A stretch of 63,901 nucleotides of DNA, counting the filler, from Octopus bimaculoides (Eukaryota): assembly GCF_001194135.2 (NCBI RefSeq). It is 7 parts of 7 records of this genome, joined end to end, with 100 filler letters (N's around TTAATTAATTAA, not from the genome) between each part and the next. Parts side by side here need not be neighbours in the genome. Positions count along the whole stretch, not along the records: positions 1 to 12,069 come from NC_068994.1; 6 more parts are not named here. One strand, 5' to 3'. The position numbers were made by a program, and so were the translations under genes. Below, in pieces: positions 1-10,969 of the stretch. The notes beneath the pieces were generated by a model that was given only the letters and a program-made list of their open reading frames with translations, was not told the origin of the DNA and did not search any database. Within the stretch, counting starts at the first letter, position 1. Each line of letters starts with the position of its first letter.

Positions 1-450
1 CTGATAACCTGACTGGAAAACACGTTATAACTTATCCAAAAAGGAATTCTACTATCCGCCCAAGGCAACGATGAAATGCGTAAATTAAAACAATCAGTTT
101 TATTATAAATACTAACCACGATCTAACAGCCTCCATTAACTTCTTTAATAGTTAACTTCATTTATAGAGTCATCATTTCTTGTTGCTTCGAGATCCATAG
201 GATATTTCCTAGCAAAAATTCAAAATACTTGTAATTAGGAATAAAAATGTTAAAGGTATATCTGCGGCATACACTGAGTTCTTTGACCAAACTCATCTTT
301 TTCCTTCGGCATAGATCATTAAATAATTTAAATTCGCTTGAAGACAAATACAAATCCGCTAATAAAGAGCTACAATTACCACCCATCGGAACCCCACTTA
401 ATTTGTATAAACACTTTCCCGACAAATGTAATTATATGTATTACTAACGA
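1..450 (-). mobile_element. Penelope-like retroelement (PLE) RT fragment, probably Naiad/Chlamys-type, degenerate
   Basis: ORF 162..425 has GVPMGGNCSSLLADLYL (PLE GxPMG motif) and CRRYTFN (decayed RYxDD). Further downstream on minus, frameshifted KTDCFNLRIS and SRIPFWISYNVFSSQVI resemble the KxDDFNF/SNIP/YGVxxSQLIR thumb. Clade assignment is from recall. Confidence 0.75.
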
Positions 451-504
451 TAAAGCTGATCATCTCCTTTAATCTGTTTTTATTAAAACATGTACAATCG
501 TTTG

Positions 505-668
505 GACTCGAATTCTGTCGCCCGCGCGAACACGCACACACATACAACACACATACACACACGCACGTACAACCCATTAGCTTTCTCTTTCCACTTCGAT
601 ACACCAAGTTGACAAGACAACACGATCTCACAAAAATTACCGAGTAGTTTGTAGACAGAATTCGAGTC
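505..668. repeat. 164-bp segment bounded by a perfect 15-bp inverted repeat (MITE-like)
   Basis: GACTCGAATTCTGTC at 505-519 and GACAGAATTCGAGTC at 654-668; no clear TSD. Confidence 0.5.
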
Positions 669-782
669 TAAAAGAAAGATTTTTTTTCTCCGTGTTTTTC
701 TCTTTGTTTTCTCCGTATTCTTTCTGTTGAAGAGCGTAGCTCGAAACGTTAAAGACGTTCGATCATATAATAGTATAAATAA

Positions 783-1551
783 TATATAAATATATGCATA
801 TACCCATACATATATGTACATACCTACATCCATATGCATACATACATGCATATATGGGTAGAGGACATCAAAAAAACGTTAAACACAATGAGAAACGAAA
901 ACAGAAAACGAACGTTTTTCGAACAACGAAAAAAAACAAACAGAGAAACGAGAAATGCAACATAAAGAGTATAACCCTTCGTCAGTTGTCCCTGTTCCAT
1001 CTACTCTGCGTTTCGAAGGCAAGGACAATACGCGACTTCGTTGGGACAGTCCTTCCTTCAAAGCAAATTAAAGTTTGGAATTTTTTGCGGAGGGTGAAAG
1101 TATTAACAAGAACAGGACAGTGAGAACAAAACAGTAAAAACAAGACAGTAAGAACAAACGGTGAGGGCTGTTAAGCCAAGACGATAGAAAAATTATTATG
1201 AACGCTAGTTAGACGTGAAGAGACATGAAAAACACGTCTTCTCTATAGAAAATTTAATTTGCTTTGTGGGAAGGACTGTTCCAACGAAGTCGCGTATTGT
1301 CCTTGCCTTCGCAAAGCGGAATAGACAGAACAGGGACAACTGACGAAGGCTTATACACTTTATGTTGCATGTCTCGTTTCTCTGTTTTTTTCGTTGTTCG
1401 AAAAAAGTTCGTTTTCTGTTTCGTTTTTATGTTTTCGTTTCTCATTGTGTTTAACCTTTTTTTAATGTCCTGTACCCATATTTTCATGTATGTATACATA
1501 TAGATGTAGGTATGTACATATATGTATGGATATATGCATATATTTTTATAT
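783..1551. repeat. Diverged ~290-bp inverted repeat (arms ~783-1072 and ~1253-1551), probable PLE pseudo-LTR pair
   Basis: Arms align in reverse complement with scattered substitutions and indels around a 180-bp spacer. Both arms carry a CTGACGA hammerhead core. The pair lies upstream of the minus-strand PLE RT. Confidence 0.8.
975..1033 (-). ncRNA. Hammerhead-ribozyme-like motif with non-circularly permuted strand order (candidate)
   Basis: Minus strand reads GCGTA|TTGTCCTTG CCTTC GAAACGC agagtagatggaa CAGGGACAA CTGACGA AGGG. Helix I is 9 bp, helix III is 4 bp, helix II is weak. Confidence 0.5.
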
Positions 1552-1759
1552 TATATATATATATATAGGGAGAATTCACAAAAAAACAAATATATATATA
1601 TACATATATATATATGTTTGGTAGTGAACATTTATATATTTTTTTCTCGAAGTCAAAAATGTAGTAAATATTACTCATTGTGCCCCATCACCCCTTACTG
1701 GAAACCAGAAAAGCAGACTTCCGGAAAAATTATTTATTTCGGCCGGATTCCACAGCAAC

Positions 1760-2688
1760 AAAGTCTACCCGTCACACTTCTCAGCCCATCGTTACTGATT
1801 CGAGGTCCTGGATACATTCCAGGTCAGTGTCTGCAATCAATTCGTTGATGTAAGTGTGACGACGCTTTCCTCTGCTTACATCACCATGAAGTGGGTACCA
1901 TAAGACTAATTTGGATGCTTCAACCTCAGGGTGGCGCACTCAGTGATCAGATAGTCGCGGCCATCTTTGCTTGATCTTCTTGCTAACTTTCGGCAGGTCT
2001 CCATAGAGACATTCATTTGTCATATGTTGCTGCCATTTCACATTTAGAACCATTCGTAGCATCCTTATGTAGCATCCATTTAGGCTGTTTGATAATATTT
2101 TTGGCAGTGTCCATGTTTCACTATTATATAATAACACAGATTCAATAGTTGCAATGAACAGCTTCATTTTGATTTGCCTGGGCAATTTGGAGTTCCAGAC
2201 ATTCTTTAGTTTGTAACAGGCTGTCCATGCTTGTGCCTTCCTGATCTTTATTTCTGCTTCCAAACTGCTCACCCGACCACCTAAGTACTTGAAGTCTTCA
2301 GCAAAATTCAATTTGGAACCGCTCAGAGCAAATAGTTCAGTATTACTTAATTGATTGAAAAATATGTGTTCCGTTTTCTTGACATTTGTGTGCAGTTCTA
2401 TCTTAGCAGCTGATGGTTCTACTCTGCTGAGCAACTTTTGAGCTTGATCCATTAGATATAAGTGATGTGTCATCTGCGAAATCCAGGTCTGTGATGGTTA
2501 CTGATGGTACTCTCCCGTAATTTTTGCCGATCTATGACGAAACCAAAGTCTTCGTCACTGTTGTCTATTAGATTATGCATTGCGTGATCCAATACAATTG
2601 CAAGCAGGTAAGTTGCAAGCTTATCTCCTTGTAGCACCTCAGCTAGTATTTGAAAGAATTCAGCACCCAGCTAGCATTTGAAAGAATT
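1760..2688 (-). mobile_element. RTE-clade LINE, 3' part of RT (degenerate)
   Basis: ILAEVLQGDKL, a DLDFADD-like motif near 2470-2490, and ORF 1940..2473 with FKYLGG and ESVLLYNSETWTL, typical of the RTE C-terminal region. Confidence 0.9.
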
Positions 2689-3072
2689 AAGAGTGCCAAG
2701 AATAGATTGAAGGAGGGAAAAACTGCTGGCCCTGATGAAATTCTACCTGGAGTTATCAAGGGGTACAGTCTGGATGAAATAATATTGGATTTTGCGAATA
2801 AGCTCTTGCAGAAGCAAAAAATGTCCAGATCAGTGGTCCGAAATTGACTTGATACCAATCCCAAAGTCAAGAAACTTTAGCAAAGAAACTAACTACAAAG
2901 GAATTGCACTGTCCAGTATCTCACTCAAAGTCATCAACCGAATGATCCTCAACAGGATTCAACCGATGCTTGGTAGTCATCTGAGACCAAATCAAAATGG
3001 ATTTAGACCAGGGAGATCCACATCTCAGATCTTAGCCCTGAGGCGTATCATAGGAGTTAAGTCAAGACAGGT
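2689..3072 (+). mobile_element. RTE-clade LINE, N-terminal RT segment, inverted relative to the adjoining 3' part
   Basis: KEGKTAGPDEI, IPIPKSRNFSKETNYKGIALSS and LRPNQNGFRPGRSTSQILALRRII (RT domains 0-2); ends at the N gap. Confidence 0.9.
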
Positions 3073-3289
3073 NNNNNNNNNNNNNNNNNNNNNNNNNNNN
3101 NNNNNNNNNNNNNNNNNNNNNNNNNNNNNNNNNNNNNNNNNNNNNNNNNNNNNNNNNNNNNNNNNNNNNNNNNNNNNNNNNNNNNNNNNNNNNNNNNNNN
3201 NNNNNNNNNNNNNNNNNNNNNNNNNNNNNNNNNNNNNNNNNNNNNNNNNNNNNNNNNNNNNNNNNNNNNNNNNNNNNNNNNNNNNNAAA

Positions 3290-3323
<34 letters not shown>

Positions 3324-3659
3324 ATTTGAAACAACAACAACCACTAAAATTATATATTTTTCTTTTTCGTAATTTTCTGTCATTTTATCGTATTCTACAT
3401 TCTGTAATTTGTATTAAAGGAAAAACAAAATCTTACCCTCTCTTCCCTCCTTCATTGTACTTTTCACAATGAAGTAAAAATCAAACACTGCAAGTGAATG
3501 TGTGAGAAAAAAAAAATTGAATTTTGAAAAGTGCATCTATAAAGCGGTATTTTCTGTCGTTTATTTAAACTTCCTCTGTTGATTCATCAAATACGATTAC
3601 ATGCAACAGATGGATTTTGAGATTTAAATTCGCTAATTTTCCGAGATTTTAATTCTTGT

Positions 3660-4720
3660 GCATGAGGGGGACCACCGAATTTAAAGTTCCCTGAGCACCC
3701 CATAGTTCTAATCCGACCCTGGCACTTACCGAAACACACTTAAAACCCGACATCGTAGATGCAGAAAAGTACATAGCAAAATATGGTGTATTGCGAAAAC
3801 GACAAAAAAGACAGTTGTAATGGCGGAGTAGCAATGTACATCCGTGAAAATCTCACACTCCGAATCCTTTTGTCACGCTCAAACTCGGTTTGTGACACAT
3901 TAATTGTACATATAAGACAACTCGATATAGTTATGTGTACTATTTATTACCCATCAGATGCTCCAAATCACACGAGCCTATTCGAAGACTGCCTTGCAAG
4001 AATAAGAGTCTTAACCAAGCTAGAACAACACAGAGTGCTTCTCATGAGAGACTTCAACTTGCCCAACGTAGGACGGCGTGAGGGCTTTCCCTCTCAGGAA
4101 TGACGCGATGTGAGCAAAGTCAGGTGGAATCCCTGCTCAACCTCACCAGCAGGTTATACATGGAACAAGTAATACTCCAAATAAGCAGGGCAAACAATAT
4201 ACTGGATCTCTGCTGCACAAACAATATGGACATCATCCATAATGCGAAAGTGACACCGACGCTAGTCTCGGGTCACAAGATAATAGAGCTGACTGTGTAT
4301 GGATCAAAGGAACCTACAGGCATGCAGCCTATGACAAGTACCCAAAATCTATCCATACTGGAAATCAATTGAGAAAGAGGTCATCAAACAGAATTGGCCC
4401 CAAAGCCTCTCTACACCTGACACCGACATGAGATTCAAAGACTAGTCCATAATGCAAGGCATATACTACAAGTTTGTCCCAGAGAAAAAGGTACTGCACA
4501 TAAAAATAAGATTTCCAAGAAGAGAAAACTTCTTATGTGATGGCGGACGAAGATTGCAAACCGCCTCAACAGAGAACTCAATGGCAGTGAAAAATTCCGC
4601 CTGGAAACAGCATCGCTGGAGATTGAGAAACATCTGAAATTTTCCTATGAAAAGGAAAGATCAGACGAAGAAGACATGATTATAATAAATATAAAATCAA
4701 ACCCTAAAGCTTTTCCTCTC
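3660..4720 (+). mobile_element. CR1/L2-group LINE fragment: APE endonuclease and linker (pseudogenised)
   Basis: ALTETHL, GGVAMYIRE, VLLMRDFNLP, NNILDLCCTN and VSGHKII (decayed SDH) motifs spread across frameshifts. Confidence 0.85.
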
Positions 4721-5149
4721 CAATTCTATTTTTAGTTCGTTATGCTATGCGGTTTGTGCCTGATGACTGCTGAGATGTTACACATGTCATAATTCATTAT
4801 TTGAGCATGTTCTCAGCACAAGGAATTATTAGTAGCACATAAATAACCTGTATTGTGTCTTTTAAATGACATTTAACTCTCACCATATGGAGTATATTTT
4901 TTGCTGATTTTACCATTACGGAAAATGAAGGTAGCAAGATTCTTTATAAAGATTCTCGCTAACTCCATTTTCCATTTCCCTCATTTACAAACACTGCGGA
5001 ATTCCTGACGTAGCTCCAGTGACAATTATACCATAATCATAGATGACATCAGGTAGCTTAAATGGTGTGTTTTAATCGGCATACTACTAGACATATTCCC
5101 AAAATCCAAATATATATATATATTCTTTTATTCCTTCACTATTTTACTG

Positions 5150-7480
5150 GTTTCAACCAAAGGTTGGGATCATGCTGGAGCACCGTCTTTCAGTATTTTG
5201 GGGTTTCCTTTCTTAATTATTTTTGGGGAAGAAGCGAGTTGGACAGAGCTCCTCATTTTTGTACCAGCTACTGCATTGTGAGTTCATTTGGGATTTCAGA
5301 TAGAAATTTGTTTGGGTGCTTTTCGAAGATTTCCACATCCACACCTCGCAAATCTCAGGTTGTCTGGAAGGATGTTAAACAGTAGTGGTCTCTGAGATCC
5401 AAGCTGTTGCACTATTGTATCCTTATCCGAGATGATGAAGACGAGATTTTTGGTATAATGCAGTGCCGTTCAGTTCGGTGTTTCGTATAGCTTTTAATTC
5501 TAGAGTTGGGAGCAAGACCTTCCAGGATCTTCTATATGTATATCACAGCATACCTTTCTCGCCTTCTCGCCTTCTCACCAAGGAGTAGAGCTTCAGTTCT
5601 GGCATCCTCTCTCATCTGTTTCACCGAGTCAATCTTTGTGTCGTGGTGTTGGATTGCCTCAAGTTCCTCCACTAGTTTGACGCTCTGCGGCGAACACAGT
5701 TTGGGAGCAGTAATCCAGATGATCGAGAACAAAAGTCCTCCATAGGTGTAGCAAAGTATCCTTATTTCTGGTTCTGAATGACCTAAAAATCCATCCACCT
5801 ACTCGCCTGCACAATGATGCCATATTGAAAATGCGAAAATGGAATGTTACATCATTACTCATGCAGATTCTCAGATCACGCATCGATTTCTAGCACTGGG
5901 ATTGCACTAACCCCTGGTCCTATTCCGATTGTAGTCTGTTTGTGGATCGATAGTGGAGTGCTTGAAACTTATCAGCATTGAACTGCATGTTGTTTTCATC
6001 AGTCTATTTGTATATTGCATGCAGGTCGTTTTGCAATTTTAGTCAGGGTGTTTTGCCGCCTGTATACTTTTGTATCATCAGCTTAACTGCTGTGAGTGGC
6101 CGACTGTACGATTGAGAGCATGTCTGAGAGAGCCACTACAAACAGTAATAATCTCAATACAGTTTCCTGAGGAACCCCACAGCGGATTGATGTCTTCACG
6201 CAGAGAGCACCATTGGCTGCAACTGTCTGACTTCTATGTTTTAAAATGTCGTGCAGCCACTTCCCCTGTTTTCCGGTTATCAATTTTGTCAAAGGCCTTG
6301 GCAAAGTCGAGATATATCACATCCACATTTGGCTGATTGTGTTGCTGTTTCAGTACCCAGGTGTAATGTTGTAGTAACTGGGCGGAAACCATGTTGTGTG
6401 TTTGCGAGCAAGTTATTCTCTTCCAGGAATGTGATCAATATCCTTCTGATAATATGTGAAGTTAGAGAGATAGGGCTGTAATTTTTAGCATCTGCTTTGC
6501 TTCCTCCTTTATGGACAGGACATATGATACCCTCTTTTAAAAATTTAGGAAGTTTGCCACAGTGGTATTGCAAGAGCTTTCTTCCATGTTTTGGGGGAGA
6601 ACCACCGAAATCCATCCAGGGCCGTTGCTGGGTTTCAGCTCACCTCATCAATGGCCAATATTATATCTTCCTTTTTTATGTTGATGTAAACGATGGTTGC
6701 CTTTTCCCCATGTAGGTCTGCAGTATTAAAAAACTCTTTAGGCTTGCCTATTTGCATGTTTCCCAGAGGAGAGATGAAAACACTCTGGAATTGTTTATTT
6801 AGTGCTTCACTTATCCCCTTAGGGTCTACAGTTAGTGAGCTGTCTTCTTCAAACAGTGGCCCTATTTTGTAGTGCACCGAGGCAGATTCATTCGCGAACT
6901 TGTAGAAGGCTTTAGAATTTATTTTTCATATTTTCTACCACCCTGGTTTCTCTTTCTACCTTTTCCATTTCATGGGAGAGTTTGAGTTTATTTTCGATTT
7001 CTAAACGTTTCACTTTGAGGAGGGGTTTCTCGCTTGTATTAAGCTGTTTAAGTGATTGGAGATCTTTATTCGCTGCTTCATAAGAATGTTTCTGTCTCGG
7101 GAAATGATGTTTTTGTATGTGGCTGCTTTCTTTTCTGGGAAAAATTTAACGCATATAGCTCGCATTATTGAGATAAATTCTTTAAGTTTCATATTAATGT
7201 CTTGCACAGAGTGACATGTAAGCCAATTTTGCTGTAAGCCAATCTTCTAGCCAGCCTTGTAGATGCTCAGACTGGATAGATTTTGGCAGCCGTCTGCGTG
7301 GAATTCACAATTAATTGTTTTGGGACCATACATCATCTTTTCTATATCATATTGTGGCCTGAGAAGATTGTTGATGATATCTTCAAGCTGTGAATAAGAC
7401 CTACATTGTTGGTGAAACAGAGATCAAATATTTTACCATTCGTGGTTGGGGTGAGTACTGTTGGATCTTTTTTAAAACGG
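5150..7480 (-). mobile_element. CR1/L2-group LINE, linker-RT-3' end (pseudogenised)
   Basis: ICPVHKGGSKADAKNYSPISLTS, NTQHGFR, GVPQETVL, LDYCSQ, RRRERYAVIYI and RPLLFNILPDNLR motifs. Homologous to 4640-4715 and to 44761-45612. Confidence 0.9.
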
Positions 7481-7774
7481 GGGCCACATTTTTCATTAAT
7501 GTTTTACGTAGTGTTTTTGGTACCGAAAGACTTTCAAACTTCGTATACTTATCTATTTTGTGTTATAGAACAGAAAAATATTTTTGTATTCGAATTTATT
7601 TCATGTAAAAAATTGTCTTATTTCGATAATTTCAACCAATCACTGACAAGTATTCAGTTGTTTACATTTACTCCTTTGGCTGATTAAACCATAGCTTCGT
7701 TTTATTTGCTTTTTTCATTTTCTTTTTTTTTTCTTCGTTTTATTTGCTTTTTTCTTTTTAAATTTGCTGTTTTA

Positions 7775-7791
7775 CCCTAACCCTAACCCTA
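7775..7791. repeat. Telomeric-type (CCCTAA)n run truncated by an assembly gap
   Basis: CCCTAACCCTAACCCTA immediately before the 528-N gap. Confidence 0.6.
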
Positions 7792-8789
7792 NNNNNNNNN
7801 NNNNNNNNNNNNNNNNNNNNNNNNNNNNNNNNNNNNNNNNNNNNNNNNNNNNNNNNNNNNNNNNNNNNNNNNNNNNNNNNNNNNNNNNNNNNNNNNNNNN
7901 NNNNNNNNNNNNNNNNNNNNNNNNNNNNNNNNNNNNNNNNNNNNNNNNNNNNNNNNNNNNNNNNNNNNNNNNNNNNNNNNNNNNNNNNNNNNNNNNNNNN
8001 NNNNNNNNNNNNNNNNNNNNNNNNNNNNNNNNNNNNNNNNNNNNNNNNNNNNNNNNNNNNNNNNNNNNNNNNNNNNNNNNNNNNNNNNNNNNNNNNNNNN
8101 NNNNNNNNNNNNNNNNNNNNNNNNNNNNNNNNNNNNNNNNNNNNNNNNNNNNNNNNNNNNNNNNNNNNNNNNNNNNNNNNNNNNNNNNNNNNNNNNNNNN
8201 NNNNNNNNNNNNNNNNNNNNNNNNNNNNNNNNNNNNNNNNNNNNNNNNNNNNNNNNNNNNNNNNNNNNNNNNNNNNNNNNNNNNNNNNNNNNNNNNNNNN
8301 NNNNNNNNNNNNNNNNNNNAATAACATGGAAAAAATAAATAAATAGTTACCAGGGTCGCAAAAATTTACATAAGTGCCAAGGATATTACAGCCTGCTTAT
8401 AAAGGTAGAAATTCCAGGGTGAAGTGAAATGTTTTTGTATAACATGGATAAATTAAGAAATGGAGTCAAACGCAGGTGTTATTCAAATCTTTATACTTCC
8501 GACATATGTTTCGAAGAAACCCTTGATATTATTCCGGTGGGAATAGAATGATGCAAAACAATGCAATCATCTCGTCAGGGGAAAAAAGAGAAAGAAAACA
8601 CATCAATAAGCCATTTTAACCGAATGTGATTACCGCGTATATGATGAAGGGGAACGATGGCAAGTTATCTTTAAAAAAAACATTAATAAATTTAACGTCA
8701 AGGGTAATTTAGAGAAAGAGAAGGTGGAGAAAGAAAGAAATTAACAGAAAATTAAGAGTGGAGAAATATAGTGTGATAGATGAATGGAA

Positions 8790-10253
8790 ATAAATTATAT
8801 GTCTTACGAAATCACATTTGGGAAAAATTAGCAAATCCATATTGGACAGAATAATACCAGTGGTCAAAGATAATGTTAAACTCCCCCTATGGAATTCAAC
8901 CGGGGATGTAATAACATGGTTCCATTGCTTCCCGAGTAAGCAAAATACTCGTTTTATACAATTTGACATTTCGAACTATTATGCCACTATCTCCCCAATA
9001 TTATTAAATAAGGCATTGATATTTGCCCGTGATTTTGTTAACATCCCTCGATCTAATATTGATATTATCTTGACAGCGAGAAAAACTATAATTAATTTTA
9101 AGGATCATAATTGGATTAGAAATAACTCGACAAATTACTTCGATATCACTATGGGTTCGTCAGATTCAGCCCAGCTGACAGACCTTGTAGGTCTGTATCT
9201 CCTGTCTCAAATCAAGTAAAGCTTTCCAAACGTTTCTTGTGGGCTTTATAGGGACGACGCATTCTTAGCAGTAAATGGTTTACCTAGACCGGAGACTGAG
9301 CAAATTAAGAAGTCATTAAAAAATTTTTTAAATTTCTTTAATCTCACTATTGTATTTGATACTGACACAAAAATCGCCAATTTTCTAGACGTCACACTTA
9401 ATTTAAACACTAAGTTATATTACCCATACAGCAAACCAAACTAGACATTACAATATATAAACGTCTCTTCTAGTCATCCGAAATTAACCATTGATAGTAT
9501 TATCACGGCCATCTCCATTAGAATATCCAACTTATCAGCAAACGAGATTTTTAACGCATACACACCAATTTATAATCATGCCCTAAAATTAAGCGGCTCT
9601 CATGACCATATTTTCTACATCCCTGATACCTATCTCAAAACCAAAATAGCTAATTTAACACCTCACAGTAATTCTGATACGACTAAAATGATCCCCTCCT
9701 TGAATTAAAAGCCGATAAGAAAACCTGTTGTTAACTGTATTAAATTTTAAAATAGCAATGCCAGTATTCGTAATAGATATAGTCCCTCTATATCTGAACA
9801 CTCTGATGGGCTAAGACACTCTAAATCTAGGAAAAGACAAATTATTTAGCTCGCCCCATCATTTTCTCTGAGTCAAAAATCTACCAAAACATTCTTTAAA
9901 ATTCTTAAACTAAATTTCCCCCAGCACCATAAATACTACCCTATATTTAATAAACATTCAAGAAAATTATGTTACTCTACCACGCCTAATTTGGGTTTAA
10001 TTATCGCATCTACAAACGGAAATAAAATTCAACTCCAAACAACTAAAAGCGTAGATCACTATAGCATACCCCATACAAGTCTAAATAATATTGATAAAAC
10101 AAAAATTATTGACAGGAACGCAAAAACATGTAATTGTAGGGCTCCTGAATTATGTCCGCTTGCGAGTTTATGTCTACGCAAAAATGTAATCTATAAATGT
10201 ACAGTGACAAACAATAAACATCAAGCTAGGATATACATAGGAAGCACTAAAGG
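8790..10253 (+). mobile_element. Penelope-like element (RT plus C-terminal Cys-linker/GIY-YIG start), probably Hydra-like type, degenerate
   Basis: FIQFDISNYY, FDITMGSSDSAQLTDLVGLYLL, GLYRDD (9241-9258), NFLDVTLNL, SSSHP, CNCRAPELCPLASLC and NVIYKCTV...IYIGST; contains stops and frameshifts. Confidence 0.88.
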
Positions 10254-10825
10254 GCAGTATTCAAGAGCAATACAACACTTCGCAAATATCTCCTTCGGGT
10301 AAAACCACCAACAGAAGAGAATATGACCAAAAACTGCGTGTACTCCATCCCATGCAGCTGTGGTAGGTTATACAAAGGCGAAACATGTCGCCCACTCAAA
10401 ATAAGGGTAGAAGAACATCGCAAAGCTGTGACACGAGGAGATATTGATAAATCGGGTATAGCTGATCATGTATGGAAAAATGAAAACCACCTCCCCCTGT
10501 GGGATGAAGTTAAAATAATAGACAGGGAACAACACTGGAAAATACGAAAACTAAAAGAAGCAGCACATATGCTAGGACACAACAACCTCCTAAGCAGACC
10601 GAGTGCNNNNNNNNNNNNNNNNNNNNNNNNNNNNNNNNNNNNAATAATAATAATAATAATATAATAATAATATAATAATAATAGTAACATCCTTAGGAAT
10701 GAGAACCCAGGTTCGAAATTGTCCCCAAGACACCTGACGAAGGCTGGAGGGTATATCAGCCGAAACGTTGTGTTAACAACAAACAAGATGAGGACAAATA
10801 TCCCTCAAATGTAAATAATGTCAAT
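10254..10825 (+). mobile_element. 5'-truncated Penelope/Poseidon-type PLE: GIY-YIG endonuclease, (TAA)n and pLTR
   Basis: AVFKSNTTLRKYLLRVKP...NCVYSIPCSCGRLYKGETCRPLKIRVEEH...RKLKEAAHM, followed by a hammerhead-bearing tail. Confidence 0.9.
10730..10773 (+). ncRNA. Minimal type I hammerhead ribozyme motif (PLE-type)
   Basis: ACAC CTGACGA A GGCTG gagggtatat CAGCC GAAAC GTT GTGT: 4-bp helix I, 5-bp helix II, palindromic AACGTT in place of helix III, predicted cut after 10769. Confidence 0.8.
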
Positions 10826-10969
10826 AATTAAAATGTGTAATTTCCAAAATATATCAAACGAAACAAACATAAGCAGTAAAAATACAAATTGCAAGTATTT
10901 CAAAATGTAGGACACTACGTGACAAAGCAAAAAAGAAGGAATATAGTGCTACTTGTATCCCAAAGGTAT

